Below the pieces are notes generated by a model. It ran no database searches. It was not told the DNA's origin and saw only the letters and a program-made list of their open reading frames with translations. A stretch of 64,000 bases of DNA from Nitrospirales bacterium (lineage in GTDB: Bacteria; Nitrospirota; Nitrospiria; Nitrospirales; UBA8639): NCBI GenBank assembly GCA_963555755.3, contig OY820905.2, forward strand, positions 448,001 to 512,000, in the 5' to 3' direction. Each line of letters starts with the position of its first letter. Within the stretch, counting starts at the first letter, position 1. A program made the translations under genes and the position numbers. This document shows, in pieces, positions 31,949 through 43,076 of the stretch.

Positions 31949-33418
31949 ATGGGGCTTTGGGATCGAACGCGAATTGGACTGACCTTCGATGATGTGGTGC
32001 TGGTTCCGGCCAAATCAGAAGTGGTGCCGAGCGAGGTCAAAACGCATACACAGGTCACGAAAAACATTACCCTCAATATTCCACTACTCAGTGCCGCAAT
32101 GGATACCGTCACAGAAGGGCGATTAGCCATTGCGCTGGCACGAGAAGGGGGGATTGGGGTTATTCACCGAGCCATTTCTCCCGAGGCCCAGGCCCTGGAA
32201 GTGGATAAGGTGAAAAAATCAGAAAGTGGCATGATCCTGGATCCCATTACGATTTCTCCAAACCAAACCATTCGGGATGCTCACCACATCATGTCTACCT
32301 ACCGCATTTCAGGGGTTCCGGTGACCCAGGACAAAAAGTTAGTGGGGATTTTGACGAATCGCGATCTCCGTTTTGAATCGAGAATGGATCTCACTGTTTC
32401 TCAGATTATGACGCGCAAGAATCTTGTCACCGTTCCCGTAGGGATCACCTTGACCAAAGCCCGTGAAATTCTTCATGAGCATCGGATTGAAAAACTTCCA
32501 GTGGTGAATGACGCGTTTGAACTCAAGGGCCTCATCACCATCAAAGATATTCAAAAACAAATTCAATATCCCACAGCGTGTAAGGATAAGCATGGGCGAT
32601 TACGTGTTGCCGCAGCAGTTGGTGTTGGCGAGGATGTTGAGGAGCGGGTCGAGCGGCTGATGAAAGCCGGGATTGATATGATTGTCGTCGATACGGCGCA
32701 TGGACATTCGCAGAGCGTGATCGATACGGTGAAATATATTAAAAAACACTATCCCGACATGGATGTGCTCGCCGGAAATATTGCGACGGCTGAAGCAGCC
32801 AAAGACTTAGCTGATGTTGGGGCCGATGCCGTCAAGGTGGGGGTGGGCCCAGGGTCGATCTGTACCACACGCATTGTGTCTGGGGCCGGGGTGCCGCAGT
32901 TAACGGCTATTGCCGATTGCGCGGAAGCCCTGACTGGAACAGGAATCCCAGTCCTGGCCGATGGTGGAATAAAATATTCAGGAGATATTACCAAGGCGCT
33001 CGCTTCAGGGGGCTCTGCGGTGATGATTGGGTCGTTATTTGCTGGAACGGAAGAATCTCCTGGCGAAACCGTCCTCTATCAAGGTCGAACCTACAAGGAA
33101 TATCGTGGAATGGGATCCCTGGGCGCACTCCAACGAGGGGGGCGGGATCGATACCAACAAGAAGGCCAAGCTCCAGGTAAACTTGTTCCTGAAGGAATTG
33201 AGGGGAGGGTCCCGTTCAAAGGGCCTTTGTCGGATGTGGTCTATCAGTTGGTTGGTGGCTTGAAGTCCGGCATGGGATATTGTGGATGCCGATCTCTTTC
33301 CGAATTGCAACAAAAGGCCCAGTTTATTCGATTAACGCAAGCCGGATTACGGGAAGGCCATGTCCATGATGTCGTCATCACTAAGGAAGCACCCAACTAC
33401 AGGGCCGATGTTGAATGA
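31949..33418 (+). CDS. guaB: IMP dehydrogenase
   Basis: [18 protein letters not shown] pair, [12 protein letters not shown] and YRGMGS motifs. Confidence 0.98.
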   Translation: MGLWDRTRIGLTFDDVVLVPAKSEVVPSEVKTHTQVTKNITLNIPLLSAAMDTVTEGRLAIALAREGGIGVIHRAISPEAQALEVDKVKKSESGMILDPITISPNQTIRDAHHIMSTYRISGVPVTQDKKLVGILTNRDLRFESRMDLTVSQIMTRKNLVTVPVGITLTKAREILHEHRIEKLPVVNDAFELKGLITIKDIQKQIQYPTACKDKHGRLRVAAAVGVGEDVEERVERLMKAGIDMIVVDTAHGHSQSVIDTVKYIKKHYPDMDVLAGNIATAEAAKDLADVGADAVKVGVGPGSICTTRIVSGAGVPQLTAIADCAEALTGTGIPVLADGGIKYSGDITKALASGGSAVMIGSLFAGTEESPGETVLYQGRTYKEYRGMGSLGALQRGGRDRYQQEGQAPGKLVPEGIEGRVPFKGPLSDVVYQLVGGLKSGMGYCGCRSLSELQQKAQFIRLTQAGLREGHVHDVVITKEAPNYRADVE

Positions 33419-33422
33419 AAAC

Positions 33423-33512
33423 CGTGATGCGTGAAGCGTAATGCGTAAAGCGTAAAAAAAAACTTTTTGTTTTTCCCCTTACGCATTACGCATCACGGCT
33501 TACGCATCACGA
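33423..33512. repeat. Inverted heptamer repeats (GCGTAAT/TTACGCA type) between guaB and guaA
   Basis: CGTGATGCGTGAAGCGTAATGCGTAA ... TTACGCATTACGCATCACGGCTTACGCATCACG. Confidence 0.7.
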
Positions 33513-33579
33513 TTTCCCCAATAATTAGATTGTCCTTCATGCGCAGGACTCCACAACATTGTAAATTTGCAGACCATCC

Positions 33580-35133
33580 ATGGCGTCCTGTCACGATACG
33601 ATTGTTATTCTTGACTTTGGGTCTCAGTACACCCAATTAATTGCGCGTCGTATTCGCGAAACCCGCGTTCACTCTGTCATTCTTCCTGCCTCAGCATCCC
33701 TTCATACGATTCGTGAACATCGACCCAAAGGGGTTATTCTTTCCGGTGGACCGGCGAGTGTCACACGTGTCGGACGACCACGTTGGGCCAAGGAGATTTT
33801 GCAAGAAGACGTGCCCATCCTTGGGATTTGCTATGGCATGCAGTTGGTGGCGCATTACATGGGAGGGAAAGTCGGGCAGGCCAAACGGCGAGAGTTCGGG
33901 CGGGCGGAGTTGCAGATTCTTGATGGCTCGGACCTGTTCAAGGGACTCGATAAAAAAGGGCCATTCTCGGTGTGGATGTCGCACGGAGACTGGATAGAAA
34001 AGTTGCCTACAGGGTTTACACCAATTGCCAGGACGGAAAACTCTCCCATCGCGGCCATGAAATCGGCCAATCATCAACATCGCTTCTTCTGTCTGCAATT
34101 TCATCCGGAAGTCGCCCACACGGTTCACGGGAAACACATTCTGAAGAATTTTGTGCAGGGAATCTGTGGCGCCAAGGCCACCTGGACGATGGGGTCTTTT
34201 CTAAAAAATTCAATTGCCGATATTCGCACCCAAGTTGGTCGGGACAAGGTGATCTGTGGGTTGAGTGGGGGAGTGGATAGCATGGTGGCTGCGGCTATGA
34301 CTCATCGAGCCATTGGAAAACAGTTGACCTGTGTCTTCATTGATAATGGCGTGATGCGAAAGGATGAAGTCAAGCAACTCAGAAAGGTATTTGGTACGCA
34401 ACATTTTCAGTATCGGATGGTCGATGCATCGGCACGATTTTTGAAGGCGTTAGGTCGAACCAGCGACCCTGAAAAAAAACGAAAAATTATTGGTCGACAA
34501 TTTATTGAAGTCTTTGATCACGAAGCCAAAAAGATTGGGAAGGTTCGCTATCTTGTTCAAGGCACCTTATATCCCGACGTCATTGAAAGCGTGAGTCAGA
34601 CAGGCCCGTCTGCCACGATTAAAACGCATCATAATGTGGGGGGCTTGCCAGCAAAAATGAAATTGAAGCTGATCGAACCGCTTCGAGAGCTCTTTAAAGA
34701 TGAAGTGCGAGGGCTGGGAAAGGAATTAGGGTTGCCCGATGACCTGGTTCTTCGGCATCCCTTCCCCGGGCCTGGGTTAGCGATTCGGGTGTTGGGCGCT
34801 GTGACTCCTGAGCGATTGGCAATCCTTCGTGACGCGGATGTCATTTTTATTGACGCGTTACACACACATGGTCTGTACCGTAAAACGTGGCAAGCCTTTG
34901 CCGTCTTGTTGCCCATTCGGACCGTTGGCGTGATGGGTGACCGACGAACGTATGAACATGTCATCGGTTTGAGAGCTGTGACAAGTGTTGATGGGATGAC
35001 TGCTGATTGGGCTCAATTGCCACATGAATTTTTAGGTAAAGTTTCCAATCGGATCATCAACGAAGTGAAAGGCGTCAACCGAGTGGTCTACGATATTAGC
35101 TCCAAACCACCAAGTACGATTGAATGGGAATGA
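33580..35133 (+). CDS. guaA: GMP synthase (glutamine-hydrolysing)
   Basis: LDFGSQY, GICYGMQ, QFHPE, SGGVDS and KPPSTIEWE motifs. Confidence 0.98.
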   Translation: MASCHDTIVILDFGSQYTQLIARRIRETRVHSVILPASASLHTIREHRPKGVILSGGPASVTRVGRPRWAKEILQEDVPILGICYGMQLVAHYMGGKVGQAKRREFGRAELQILDGSDLFKGLDKKGPFSVWMSHGDWIEKLPTGFTPIARTENSPIAAMKSANHQHRFFCLQFHPEVAHTVHGKHILKNFVQGICGAKATWTMGSFLKNSIADIRTQVGRDKVICGLSGGVDSMVAAAMTHRAIGKQLTCVFIDNGVMRKDEVKQLRKVFGTQHFQYRMVDASARFLKALGRTSDPEKKRKIIGRQFIEVFDHEAKKIGKVRYLVQGTLYPDVIESVSQTGPSATIKTHHNVGGLPAKMKLKLIEPLRELFKDEVRGLGKELGLPDDLVLRHPFPGPGLAIRVLGAVTPERLAILRDADVIFIDALHTHGLYRKTWQAFAVLLPIRTVGVMGDRRTYEHVIGLRAVTSVDGMTADWAQLPHEFLGKVSNRIINEVKGVNRVVYDISSKPPSTIEWE

Positions 35134-36437
35134 GCAAAACATCAGAAACAAGTGTTCGCCTTCAAAAAGTCATTGCCGCGAGTGGGTTAAGTTCGCGACG
35201 AGCGGCGGAAACGTTGATTCGAGAGGGAAAAGTGACGGTGAATGGCGAGGTCGTGCGCTTGATTGGAACCTGTATTAATCCTGTGATTGATCACGTTAAG
35301 GTCGATGGAACCCATATTGAAACCGCCGAGCCAGAGGTTTTTGTCTTACTCAATAAGCCACCAGGTTGTGTCACAACCATGAACGATCCTTTGGGCCGCG
35401 GCACAGTTGCCGATCTATTGGGTCGCGTAAGAGTACGCGTCTTTCCAGTCGGCCGTCTAGATTTTGATGCTGAAGGTCTTTTACTCCTCACGAATAATGG
35501 CATGATTGCTCAAGCCTGCCTCCATCCTCGCTATCATGTGCCCAAAACCTATGTGATCAAGGTATCGGGTGTGTTTTCGGATGAAGAAATCAAAATGCTG
35601 AAAGAAGGGGTGGCGCTGGAGGATGGAGTGACTTCGCCGGCAGATGTGAAAAAAGCTGGAAAAGCCAAATCTAATTCTTGGCTAGAAATCACCATTCGCG
35701 AGGGAAAGAAACACCAAATTAAACGGATGGTCGAAGCCTGCGGACATCGGGTCCTGCGAATCAAGCGTACACGCTTTGGCCCACTCCAATTACGTGGCTT
35801 AGCACCTGGCACCTTTCGCTATGCAACAGATGCCGAAGCCAATGCCTTGCGGGCCATTCTTCATCGATCCACGACGGAGGAAAAACCTCGCTCTCCACGT
35901 GCCAAGCCATACTTGAAAAATCGTGTAAAACCTAGCGATACTTCCTCCTCTAAAATGCCACGAAAGCCGTTGAAAAAACTCTTCCCACGTGATGCGGCGA
36001 AGCCGCGATTCACTTCAGCAAAAAGACCAACTGGTACAGGAAAATTTGGTCGACAGGGTTTATCAAAAAGACCCTTGAGTCCGCGAGTAGCTTCAAGGAA
36101 GGCTCAACCGGCCAAAGGAAATGATAGACGCTCGGGCTTACCGAAAAGACCATTCAACCAGCGAGGGGATTCCACTAAAGCTCCAAGAACCTCGGGGAAC
36201 GCAAAACGTTCAAGTTTCTCGAGAAGACCGTTGAGTTCGCGAGGGGCTTCTGGGAGAGTTCAAACAACGAAGGGAGGTGGTAGGCCGTTCGCCTTCCCCA
36301 AAAGATCGTCGAAGCCAGGAGTGGCGTCTGCCAAAGGTCATACACGTAAGGGTCCGAGTGGCCGATCCACCTTCTCGAAAAGAGGATCGGCTCCAATAAG
36401 AAAAACGGCAACCAAACGGCGAGCACCAAAAAGATAG
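35130..36437 (+). CDS. RsuA/RluB-family rRNA pseudouridine synthase with a long basic C-terminal tail
   Basis: S4 domain (RLQKVIA..G..SRR), VGRLD catalytic motif and [10 protein letters not shown]; overlaps the guaA stop (ATGA). Confidence 0.92.
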   Translation: MSKTSETSVRLQKVIAASGLSSRRAAETLIREGKVTVNGEVVRLIGTCINPVIDHVKVDGTHIETAEPEVFVLLNKPPGCVTTMNDPLGRGTVADLLGRVRVRVFPVGRLDFDAEGLLLLTNNGMIAQACLHPRYHVPKTYVIKVSGVFSDEEIKMLKEGVALEDGVTSPADVKKAGKAKSNSWLEITIREGKKHQIKRMVEACGHRVLRIKRTRFGPLQLRGLAPGTFRYATDAEANALRAILHRSTTEEKPRSPRAKPYLKNRVKPSDTSSSKMPRKPLKKLFPRDAAKPRFTSAKRPTGTGKFGRQGLSKRPLSPRVASRKAQPAKGNDRRSGLPKRPFNQRGDSTKAPRTSGNAKRSSFSRRPLSSRGASGRVQTTKGGGRPFAFPKRSSKPGVASAKGHTRKGPSGRSTFSKRGSAPIRKTATKRRAPKR

Positions 36438-36446
36438 AGGACGAGA

Positions 36447-38207
36447 GTGACACGAACACATACTTGTGGTGAATTGACCGGAACACATGTTGGCCACACT
36501 GTGACGCTCATGGGCTGGGTCCATGGTCGTCGCGACCATGGAGGAGTGTTATTTATAGATGTGCGGGATCGCTATGGCGTAACCCAACTCGTGTTTGATG
36601 TCGAGAAAGAGGCATCCATTCACAGTCAGGCAAATGATTTACGAAACGAGTATGTCATCGCTGCAACCGGGCAGGTCAGAATTCGTCCTGAAGAATCCCT
36701 GAATCCTCAATTGGCAACCGGGGAAATTGAAATTGAAGTCTCCACGCTGACCGTTCTCAATCAGTCCAAAACGCCACCCTTCCTCATTGAAGACGATGTT
36801 GATGCGACAGAATCTATCCGCCTCAAACATCGCTATCTCGACCTGCGACGTCCAAGGATGCAGCAATTGCTTCAGCTTCGTCATGATGTGACCTACCACG
36901 TGCGTCAACATCTTCATCAACGCGGGTTTCTTGAAGTGGAGACTCCCATTCTTACCAAAAGTACGCCGGAAGGCGCACGGGACTACCTGGTTCCGAGTCG
37001 AGTAAATCCCGGAGAGTTTTTCGCACTTCCACAATCGCCGCAATTGTTCAAGCAAATCCTCATGGTTGGTGGGACCGATCGATATTTTCAAATTGCGCGC
37101 TGCTTTCGGGACGAAGACCTCCGCCTCGATCGACAACCAGAGTTTACGCAAATTGATATAGAAATGTCGTTTGTACAGCAGGATGATATTTTGGCGTTGG
37201 GCGAAGAGCTCATTGCTACAGTGTGCAAGGAAGCCGCGGGCATTACTTTGCCGACTCCATTCCCGCGCTTGACCTATCAAGAAGCCTTGGACCGTTATGG
37301 AACGGATAAACCCGATCGGCGATTTGATCTTGAACTTCGAAATTTAAATGAAGTGGCCAAGCACGTGGAGTTCAAAGTTTTTCGCAATACCGTTGAATCC
37401 GGTGGGTTGGTAGGGGGCTTAGTCGTGAAAGGAGGCGGGCAAATTGCTCGAAACCAAATCGATCGCTTGATTGATGTGGCCAAAGGTTTTGGGGCAAAAG
37501 GGTTAGCCTGGGTCAAAATTACCGAGGGGTGGAAGCTCGATTCCGCCATTGCCAAATTCCTCAAGGCCGAACCGTTTCAACACGCGCTTCCCGATGCCGA
37601 ACCGGGTGATCTCATGCTATTTATCGCTGACAAACCCGCCGTGACCTATGACGTGTTAGGTCGACTCAGGTTACATCTTGGCGAAGAATTGAAGTTGGTG
37701 GATCGTGAACGATGGGAACCGTTGTGGATCACGGACTTTCCTTTGCTGGAATATGACGAAGGGGAGCGTCGATACGTGGCACTCCATCATCCGTTCACCG
37801 GACCATTTGCCGAAGACCTTTCCCAATTAGAGACCAACCCCCTCGACGTTCGTGCTCAGGCCTATGACATGGTGCTGAATGGATTCGAAATAGGCGGGGG
37901 AAGTATTCGTATTCATCAACGCGATGTGCAGCAAAAAATGTTTGATCTCTTGGGTATCACAAAAGATGCGGCTCAAGAAAAGTTTGGGTTCCTGCTCGAC
38001 GCGCTGGATTACGGCGCCCCACCCCATGGCGGCATTGCGTTTGGATTGGATCGATTGCTCATGCTTCTTGGCAAAACCGAATCCATTCGAGATGTCATAC
38101 CCTTCCCCAAAACCCAAAAAGCCCAGTGCATGATGACCGAAGCACCATCATCCGTGAGCCAGGCACAACTCAAAGACCTTCGAATAAAGCTTGATTTGGA
38201 TAGTTGA
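36447..38207 (+). CDS. aspS: Aspartate--tRNA ligase (likely non-discriminating)
   Basis: RTHTCGEL, RRDHGG, LPQSPQLFKQ, CFRDED.R.DRQPEFTQ and GAPPHGG motifs. Confidence 0.98.
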   Translation: MTRTHTCGELTGTHVGHTVTLMGWVHGRRDHGGVLFIDVRDRYGVTQLVFDVEKEASIHSQANDLRNEYVIAATGQVRIRPEESLNPQLATGEIEIEVSTLTVLNQSKTPPFLIEDDVDATESIRLKHRYLDLRRPRMQQLLQLRHDVTYHVRQHLHQRGFLEVETPILTKSTPEGARDYLVPSRVNPGEFFALPQSPQLFKQILMVGGTDRYFQIARCFRDEDLRLDRQPEFTQIDIEMSFVQQDDILALGEELIATVCKEAAGITLPTPFPRLTYQEALDRYGTDKPDRRFDLELRNLNEVAKHVEFKVFRNTVESGGLVGGLVVKGGGQIARNQIDRLIDVAKGFGAKGLAWVKITEGWKLDSAIAKFLKAEPFQHALPDAEPGDLMLFIADKPAVTYDVLGRLRLHLGEELKLVDRERWEPLWITDFPLLEYDEGERRYVALHHPFTGPFAEDLSQLETNPLDVRAQAYDMVLNGFEIGGGSIRIHQRDVQQKMFDLLGITKDAAQEKFGFLLDALDYGAPPHGGIAFGLDRLLMLLGKTESIRDVIPFPKTQKAQCMMTEAPSSVSQAQLKDLRIKLDLDS

Positions 38208-38228
38208 AAGTCTTGCGCGAGACCTAAG

Positions 38229-39254
38229 TCAGGCGGGTGCAGCTTGGGCTTTATAGACATTCACCACGATGCTATGGAGGCCGGTGGCGCCATTGGGTTG
38301 AGGTCGGGTAATTTCTGAGGTTTGGACTTTACCAGTGGTGTCGATGGCACGGACGAAGACCAACGTTTTTTGAGGCGGCACATCCTTCCAGTGATAATTC
38401 CAGATCACCCAAGACCATGGTGAATGGGGTGGTTCAATCTCCGCTTCAACCCAGGTTTTTTCTTGATCAAAACTCAGTTGAACGTTCGAAATCGAATGTG
38501 GCCCTCCGAACGCAATTCCCCGAAAGTGAATGTTGGGGCCGGGTACGTCCTGATAATGTCCAGGACTATCGAAGCGTGAAAAAATGTGGATCGTTCCCTC
38601 ATCGGTCCACCCCTTGCGTTGCCAATAGCCTTGATAGTCGCCGTTGTAGACCTCAATCTCGGTGATCCATTTTACGTTTTTTATTCCATACAATCCTGGC
38701 ACCAGGAGTCGCACGGGAAAACCATGAGCCTTCGGAAGCTTCTCACCGTTCATAAGATAGGCGAGCATGACTTCATCTTGCATCGCACGTTCAAACGGGA
38801 TGCTATCATGATAGGCATCCGCTCCTCGAAAAATCACATCGCGCGCCGTTTCGGCATCCGCCCCGGCTTCAAGTAACAATTCTTTTAAAGAAATGCCTCG
38901 CCAAATGGCGTTGCTGATGCTCGATCCGCCAGGAAGGGTATCAATGCATATCAACGTTGAGACTTGGGTAAACGATCGACGATTCAACAGGTCACGCCAA
39001 CGTAAAACCATCCGATTCGAAACCGCCCCTTTGATCACCATCTGCCATTGTTCTTGATCCAAGTCCCGCGACAAGTTGTACGGAGAGTCCATGTAATTGA
39101 CGGTGTAAAACTGATCATTCGGCGTGAAATACAGCGTGTCGCGAGCCGGCACCGCAAACATGCTGCCGAGATCACACCCACTGGTAATGCTGGTGAGCCC
39201 AGCGAGGGCGCTAAATCCACCGAGTTGAAAAAGCTTGCGACGAGTTAAATCCAT
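38229..39254 (-). CDS. Sulfite-oxidase-family molybdopterin oxidoreductase, Tat-exported (possibly a lipoprotein)
   Basis: TRRKLF Tat motif, TSGC lipobox-like site, Mo-ligand Cys (TLICI) and HGFPVRL.VPG.YG.K.VKW. Confidence 0.88.
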   Translation of the reverse strand: MDLTRRKLFQLGGFSALAGLTSITSGCDLGSMFAVPARDTLYFTPNDQFYTVNYMDSPYNLSRDLDQEQWQMVIKGAVSNRMVLRWRDLLNRRSFTQVSTLICIDTLPGGSSISNAIWRGISLKELLLEAGADAETARDVIFRGADAYHDSIPFERAMQDEVMLAYLMNGEKLPKAHGFPVRLLVPGLYGIKNVKWITEIEVYNGDYQGYWQRKGWTDEGTIHIFSRFDSPGHYQDVPGPNIHFRGIAFGGPHSISNVQLSFDQEKTWVEAEIEPPHSPWSWVIWNYHWKDVPPQKTLVFVRAIDTTGKVQTSEITRPQPNGATGLHSIVVNVYKAQAAPA

Positions 39255-39580
39255 ACCAAAGAACTTGTGGTGAGTAGCTAATTCCTAAATAAGATATCCA
39301 TGTATATTTAAATTATGACCGAGAACATGCAGGGCTGCAAGGCCTCATCACCACCGAGGTGAACACGACTTTTTGTATTTCACCATGCACACCAATATCT
39401 AACACGGCATTTTTTACGCCCAACTGCCGTTTCTAGGTTCAAGCAAGGCAGGCTCGTATAGTCCAGCGGAAAGAGGTGGAGAAACAGTTCCAGGTCTCCT
39501 GTTCAGTCAAGGATTTTTCCATAAATTCACCACTCGTGCTTTCGAAGATGAGGCTCTCTCGCATTTGCCCGATCTGATTC

Positions 39581-39769
39581 TTACGCCTGGTGATGAAGGC
39601 CCTCGGTGACCTCTTCGTACACGCTCCGTCGATGCCCTATTGCCATGACTCGAATCACTTTATGCCTGCGATCAATAGCGTACACAATGCGAAATCGTTT
39701 GACGCGGTATTTCCACAATCCCTCCAATTCTTTGACAAGCGGTTCCCCCTCATTGGGATTTACGCATAA
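39581..39769 (-). pseudogene. RelE/ParE-family toxin, 5' end removed by a Tn3 insertion
   Basis: NP..GEPL..EL.GLWKYRVKRFRIVY.I......V.AIGHRRSVYE; the homology stops at the Tn3-like IR. Confidence 0.75.
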
Positions 39770-40211
39770 GGGGTCTAGCCCAACAAAGGTACACAAACGG
39801 CCATAGGATTTCTTCAAGGTGCTTGTAAACTAGGATTGAAGACTGCTTCCTATACTTCCAAATTTTGAGCAGGCTGGCATGCTAATTTTGGGGGCTTGAT
39901 ACCGAAGGAATCCCTGAGTTTTTCATCTGAGAAGTCGTATTCGCCAAGAAGATTGATATGTGCCCAGGACATAGGGGAATGGGTCGCAATCGATAGGAGC
40001 AGGTTGTCTCGATTCTGTCCGCTTTCTATCCCCTCTAGTTTTTGTGAGAGATACAAGTAATTCCAACAAATAATGGCGTTTTTGATGAGCCGATTGCAGC
40101 TTTCTGCAATTTCCTGCTCCTCTTTTGCGGCATGAAGGAATTCCGTGGATTGCCAACAGCAATGGCACGCGTGAACCGATTAGCCAGCTCGACTTTGTTG
40201 AGTTGTTTTTC
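39770..40211 (-). mobile_element. Tn3-family transposon end: IR plus frameshifted TnpA C-terminus
   Basis: IR begins GGGGTCTAGCCC at 39770. KQLNKVE.ANRF, NAIICWNYLYL and SPMSWAHINLLGEYDF motifs. Confidence 0.8.
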
Positions 40212-40237
40212 GGATCATACAGAATTTATGGTTCTAG
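40212..40237. repeat. Lone family-B MITE end truncating the Tn3 relic
   Basis: GGATCATACAGAATTTATGGTTCTAG matches the TIRs at 10002 and 44614. Confidence 0.7.
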
Positions 40238-40357
40238 CATTTGAAATCTTGGGGGAAGGGGACTAAGCCGCAGAATATCTGCCAGGGTGAGCCGCACAGA
40301 TGCCCATTCGCCAAGTGAAGGGATCCCCCTCTTTGCCAAAGAGGGGTGAGGGGAGAT

Positions 40358-41733
40358 TGTAGTGGTCTAGTTGAATGGGACACCTGGAAAAGGGACAATA
40401 CCCATCAGGAGGGGTTCAATGGAAACAAGACGACGACAGTACACAGCCGCGTTCAAGCGCGACGCCGTGGCCCTGGTTATGGAACAAGGCTATACCCTGA
40501 CCCTAGCCGGCCAGAATTTAGGGATCACGGCCAAATTGCTCTCGCGCTGGAAGCGCGAACAGCAGCACCATCAGGACGCGGCCTTCCCCGGCCAGGGGCA
40601 TCAGACGCCCGAGCAATCCGAATTACGCATGTTACGCGAGGACAATCAGCGCCTACGGATGGAGCGCGACATCTTAAAAACAGCGACGGCCTTCTTCGCC
40701 ACCCACAACATCTGAGATATCCCTTCATTCACCGTGAACGGCAGACGTATCCTGTCCGGCTGCGCTGTGCCGTCTTCGAGGTGAGTGCCAGTGGGTATTA
40801 TCGGTTTGTGCAACGTGGAGGAGGCCGGGCGCAGGCAGATCCAGCGCTGATTCTTCAGGTTCAGCAACTCCATCGGGCCTCTCGTCGCAGCTAGGGCTCG
40901 CGCCGACTGAGTCAGGCCTTGCAACAGGCTGGGCATGCGATCGGTCGCGATCGGACACGGACCCTGATGCGCCAGGCGAATCTGAAGCCCACGGGCACAG
41001 GGCGGTGTCCGCAGACGACGGATAGCCGCCATGCCTTGCCCCTTGCCCCTAATATACTCAACCGGCAATTTACGGTCGCGGCGCCTAATCGAGTGGGGGG
41101 CAGTGATATCACCGCCCTCTGGACCCAGGAAGGGTGGCTGTATCTCGCGATTGTGGTGGAGCTGTTTTCCCGCAAAGTCGTGGGCTGGGCCTGTGCGGCC
41201 TCCATGGCGACGTGCTGAGTCTCGCAGGCCTTGCAGAGGGCCATTGGGCAACGTCACCCCAAGCCAGGGTTGCTCCATCACTCGGATCGCGGCAGTCAGT
41301 ATGCCAGTGCGGAGTATCAACAGCAGCTCCGGGACGCCGAGATGGGGTGCAGTATGAGTCGGAAGGGCAATTGCTATGACAATGCGGTTGTGGAACGGGT
41401 ATTCCGGAGCCTGAAAGAAGAAGGCTTCACGGAGGAACCACCCGACACACGGGCCGAGGCCACGCTAAGCGTGATTGATTACCTGGCGATGTTTTATAAT
41501 AGTGAGCGGCTTCACTCGACCTTGGGCTATCAGAGTCCCAATACGTTTGAGGCACAGGCGGCGAAGACCGATCAAGGGAATACTCCAGTATCAACCAAGC
41601 CGTGATCGGCCAGTGAGGGGCAAATATGGACGACAAATTTTTCCAACACCCAGGCCAAATCCTCAGCGAGGGCCGTCTGGGCTTATTCACACAATCCCCT
41701 TTTCTCCCTGTCCATTTTCACTGGACCACTACA
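40358..41733 (+). mobile_element. IS3-family element, full length but with an inactivated orfB
   Basis: TIRs TGTAGTGGTCTAGTTGAA and TTCACTGGACCACTACA; 3-bp TSD GAT. orfA 40419-40715; orfB to 41605 with premature stops at about 40892 and 41216; HSDRGSQY motif. Confidence 0.9.
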
Positions 41734-42074
41734 GATTTCTCCCGTGCACCTCGGGCTAGGCAGGCGGGGTGACGTCACCCCGCCCGCCTCAAATCCTCCC
41801 TACCCCCCTTTGCAAAAGGGGGCAGAAAAGGACCAACGGTTGCACCAACATGGGATTGATACCATTGTAGTCAGGATTGCGAATCGGTATGGGTAGAACC
41901 ATGTATTCGGTATGTTCCAGAACAACTTTCTGCCAAGGGAATGGATCGACAGTATTCAGCGCCCAAGGAGGAATGAGCGTGAGCGGCCAAAAGATCCAGA
42001 AGTCTAGGCCACTCTAACGCGGAAAAGGGGTCAAGTCACTTGCTTCATGATAAAAAAGTAGTTAGACGCTGGTC

Positions 42075-43055
42075 ATGCCTCGACCTCCTCGGATGGAATA
42101 CGAGCATGCGGTGTATCATGTCATGAATCGTGGCCGGGCTCGGCACCCGGTGTTTCATGATGCCCGGTACTATCGAGCCTTTCTCGACACGTTGGCCGAG
42201 CTGCATACCCGCTTCCAGGGTGTGATTCATGCCTATTGCTTGATGGGCAATCACTATCATGTCTTGCTGGAAACTCCCAGGGCCAATCTCAGTCGCATGA
42301 TGCGCCATCTTAACGGGGTGTATACGCAACGGCATAATCGTCTCAAACGTACTGATGGCTCTTTGTTTCGAGGCCGCTATAAAGCCATTTTGGTGGAGCA
42401 CGATGCCTATTTGCTCCACGTGTCCCGGTATATCCATCGAAACCCTCTTGACGGCATACGGCCGCTGGTCACGAATTTGTCTGATTATCCCTGGTCGAGC
42501 TATCCGACATATATCGGTCAAGCGAAGCCGGCACCGTGGTTGTGCCGGGAACCGACGTATCGCCTGCTTGGGCATGTGCACCGGTATCGCGGGTATGCTC
42601 GCTACGTGCTAGAGGGCAACGATAAAGAAATCGAGTATTTTTACCAACGGGGTAATAGGGCGGCCATTATGGGAGGGCAGGAGTTCAAATCTTGGGTCTA
42701 TGACGAATTACTGCCGGATCTTGAAGCGGAGGAGAAAGGGCAGGTGATCCAGCCGAGTCTTGCAATCGACACTATGATCACTGGGGTGGCCAAGGCCTAT
42801 CGCACGACACCAGACCGGCTGACCATGGTAGTGAAAGGGCCGCAAAAAGGGAATGAGGCTCGGAAACTGGCGATGTATCTGTGTCAGGAATTAGCGGAGG
42901 TGAAACTTCAGGACATTGCGCCCTGCTTCAATCTGCGTCATAGCGGTTCGGTGAGTTTTATCACCCACCAGGTCAGAAAGAAGAAACGAGACGAGAAGGG
43001 ATTTGCCGCTAGAATGAACGAGGTGATTGAAAGTATTCTGAAGCAATCGACTTGA
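42075..43055 (+). CDS. REP-associated tyrosine (Y1/HUH) transposase with C-terminal DnaA-type HTH
   Basis: YHVMNRG, AYCLMGNHYH, LF.GRY, YIHRNP and YPWSSY motifs; C-terminal ARKLAMYL...L.DIA..F. Confidence 0.9.
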   Translation: MPRPPRMEYEHAVYHVMNRGRARHPVFHDARYYRAFLDTLAELHTRFQGVIHAYCLMGNHYHVLLETPRANLSRMMRHLNGVYTQRHNRLKRTDGSLFRGRYKAILVEHDAYLLHVSRYIHRNPLDGIRPLVTNLSDYPWSSYPTYIGQAKPAPWLCREPTYRLLGHVHRYRGYARYVLEGNDKEIEYFYQRGNRAAIMGGQEFKSWVYDELLPDLEAEEKGQVIQPSLAIDTMITGVAKAYRTTPDRLTMVVKGPQKGNEARKLAMYLCQELAEVKLQDIAPCFNLRHSGSVSFITHQVRKKKRDEKGFAARMNEVIESILKQST

Positions 43056-43076
43056 CCCCTATTTTGACCCCTATTT

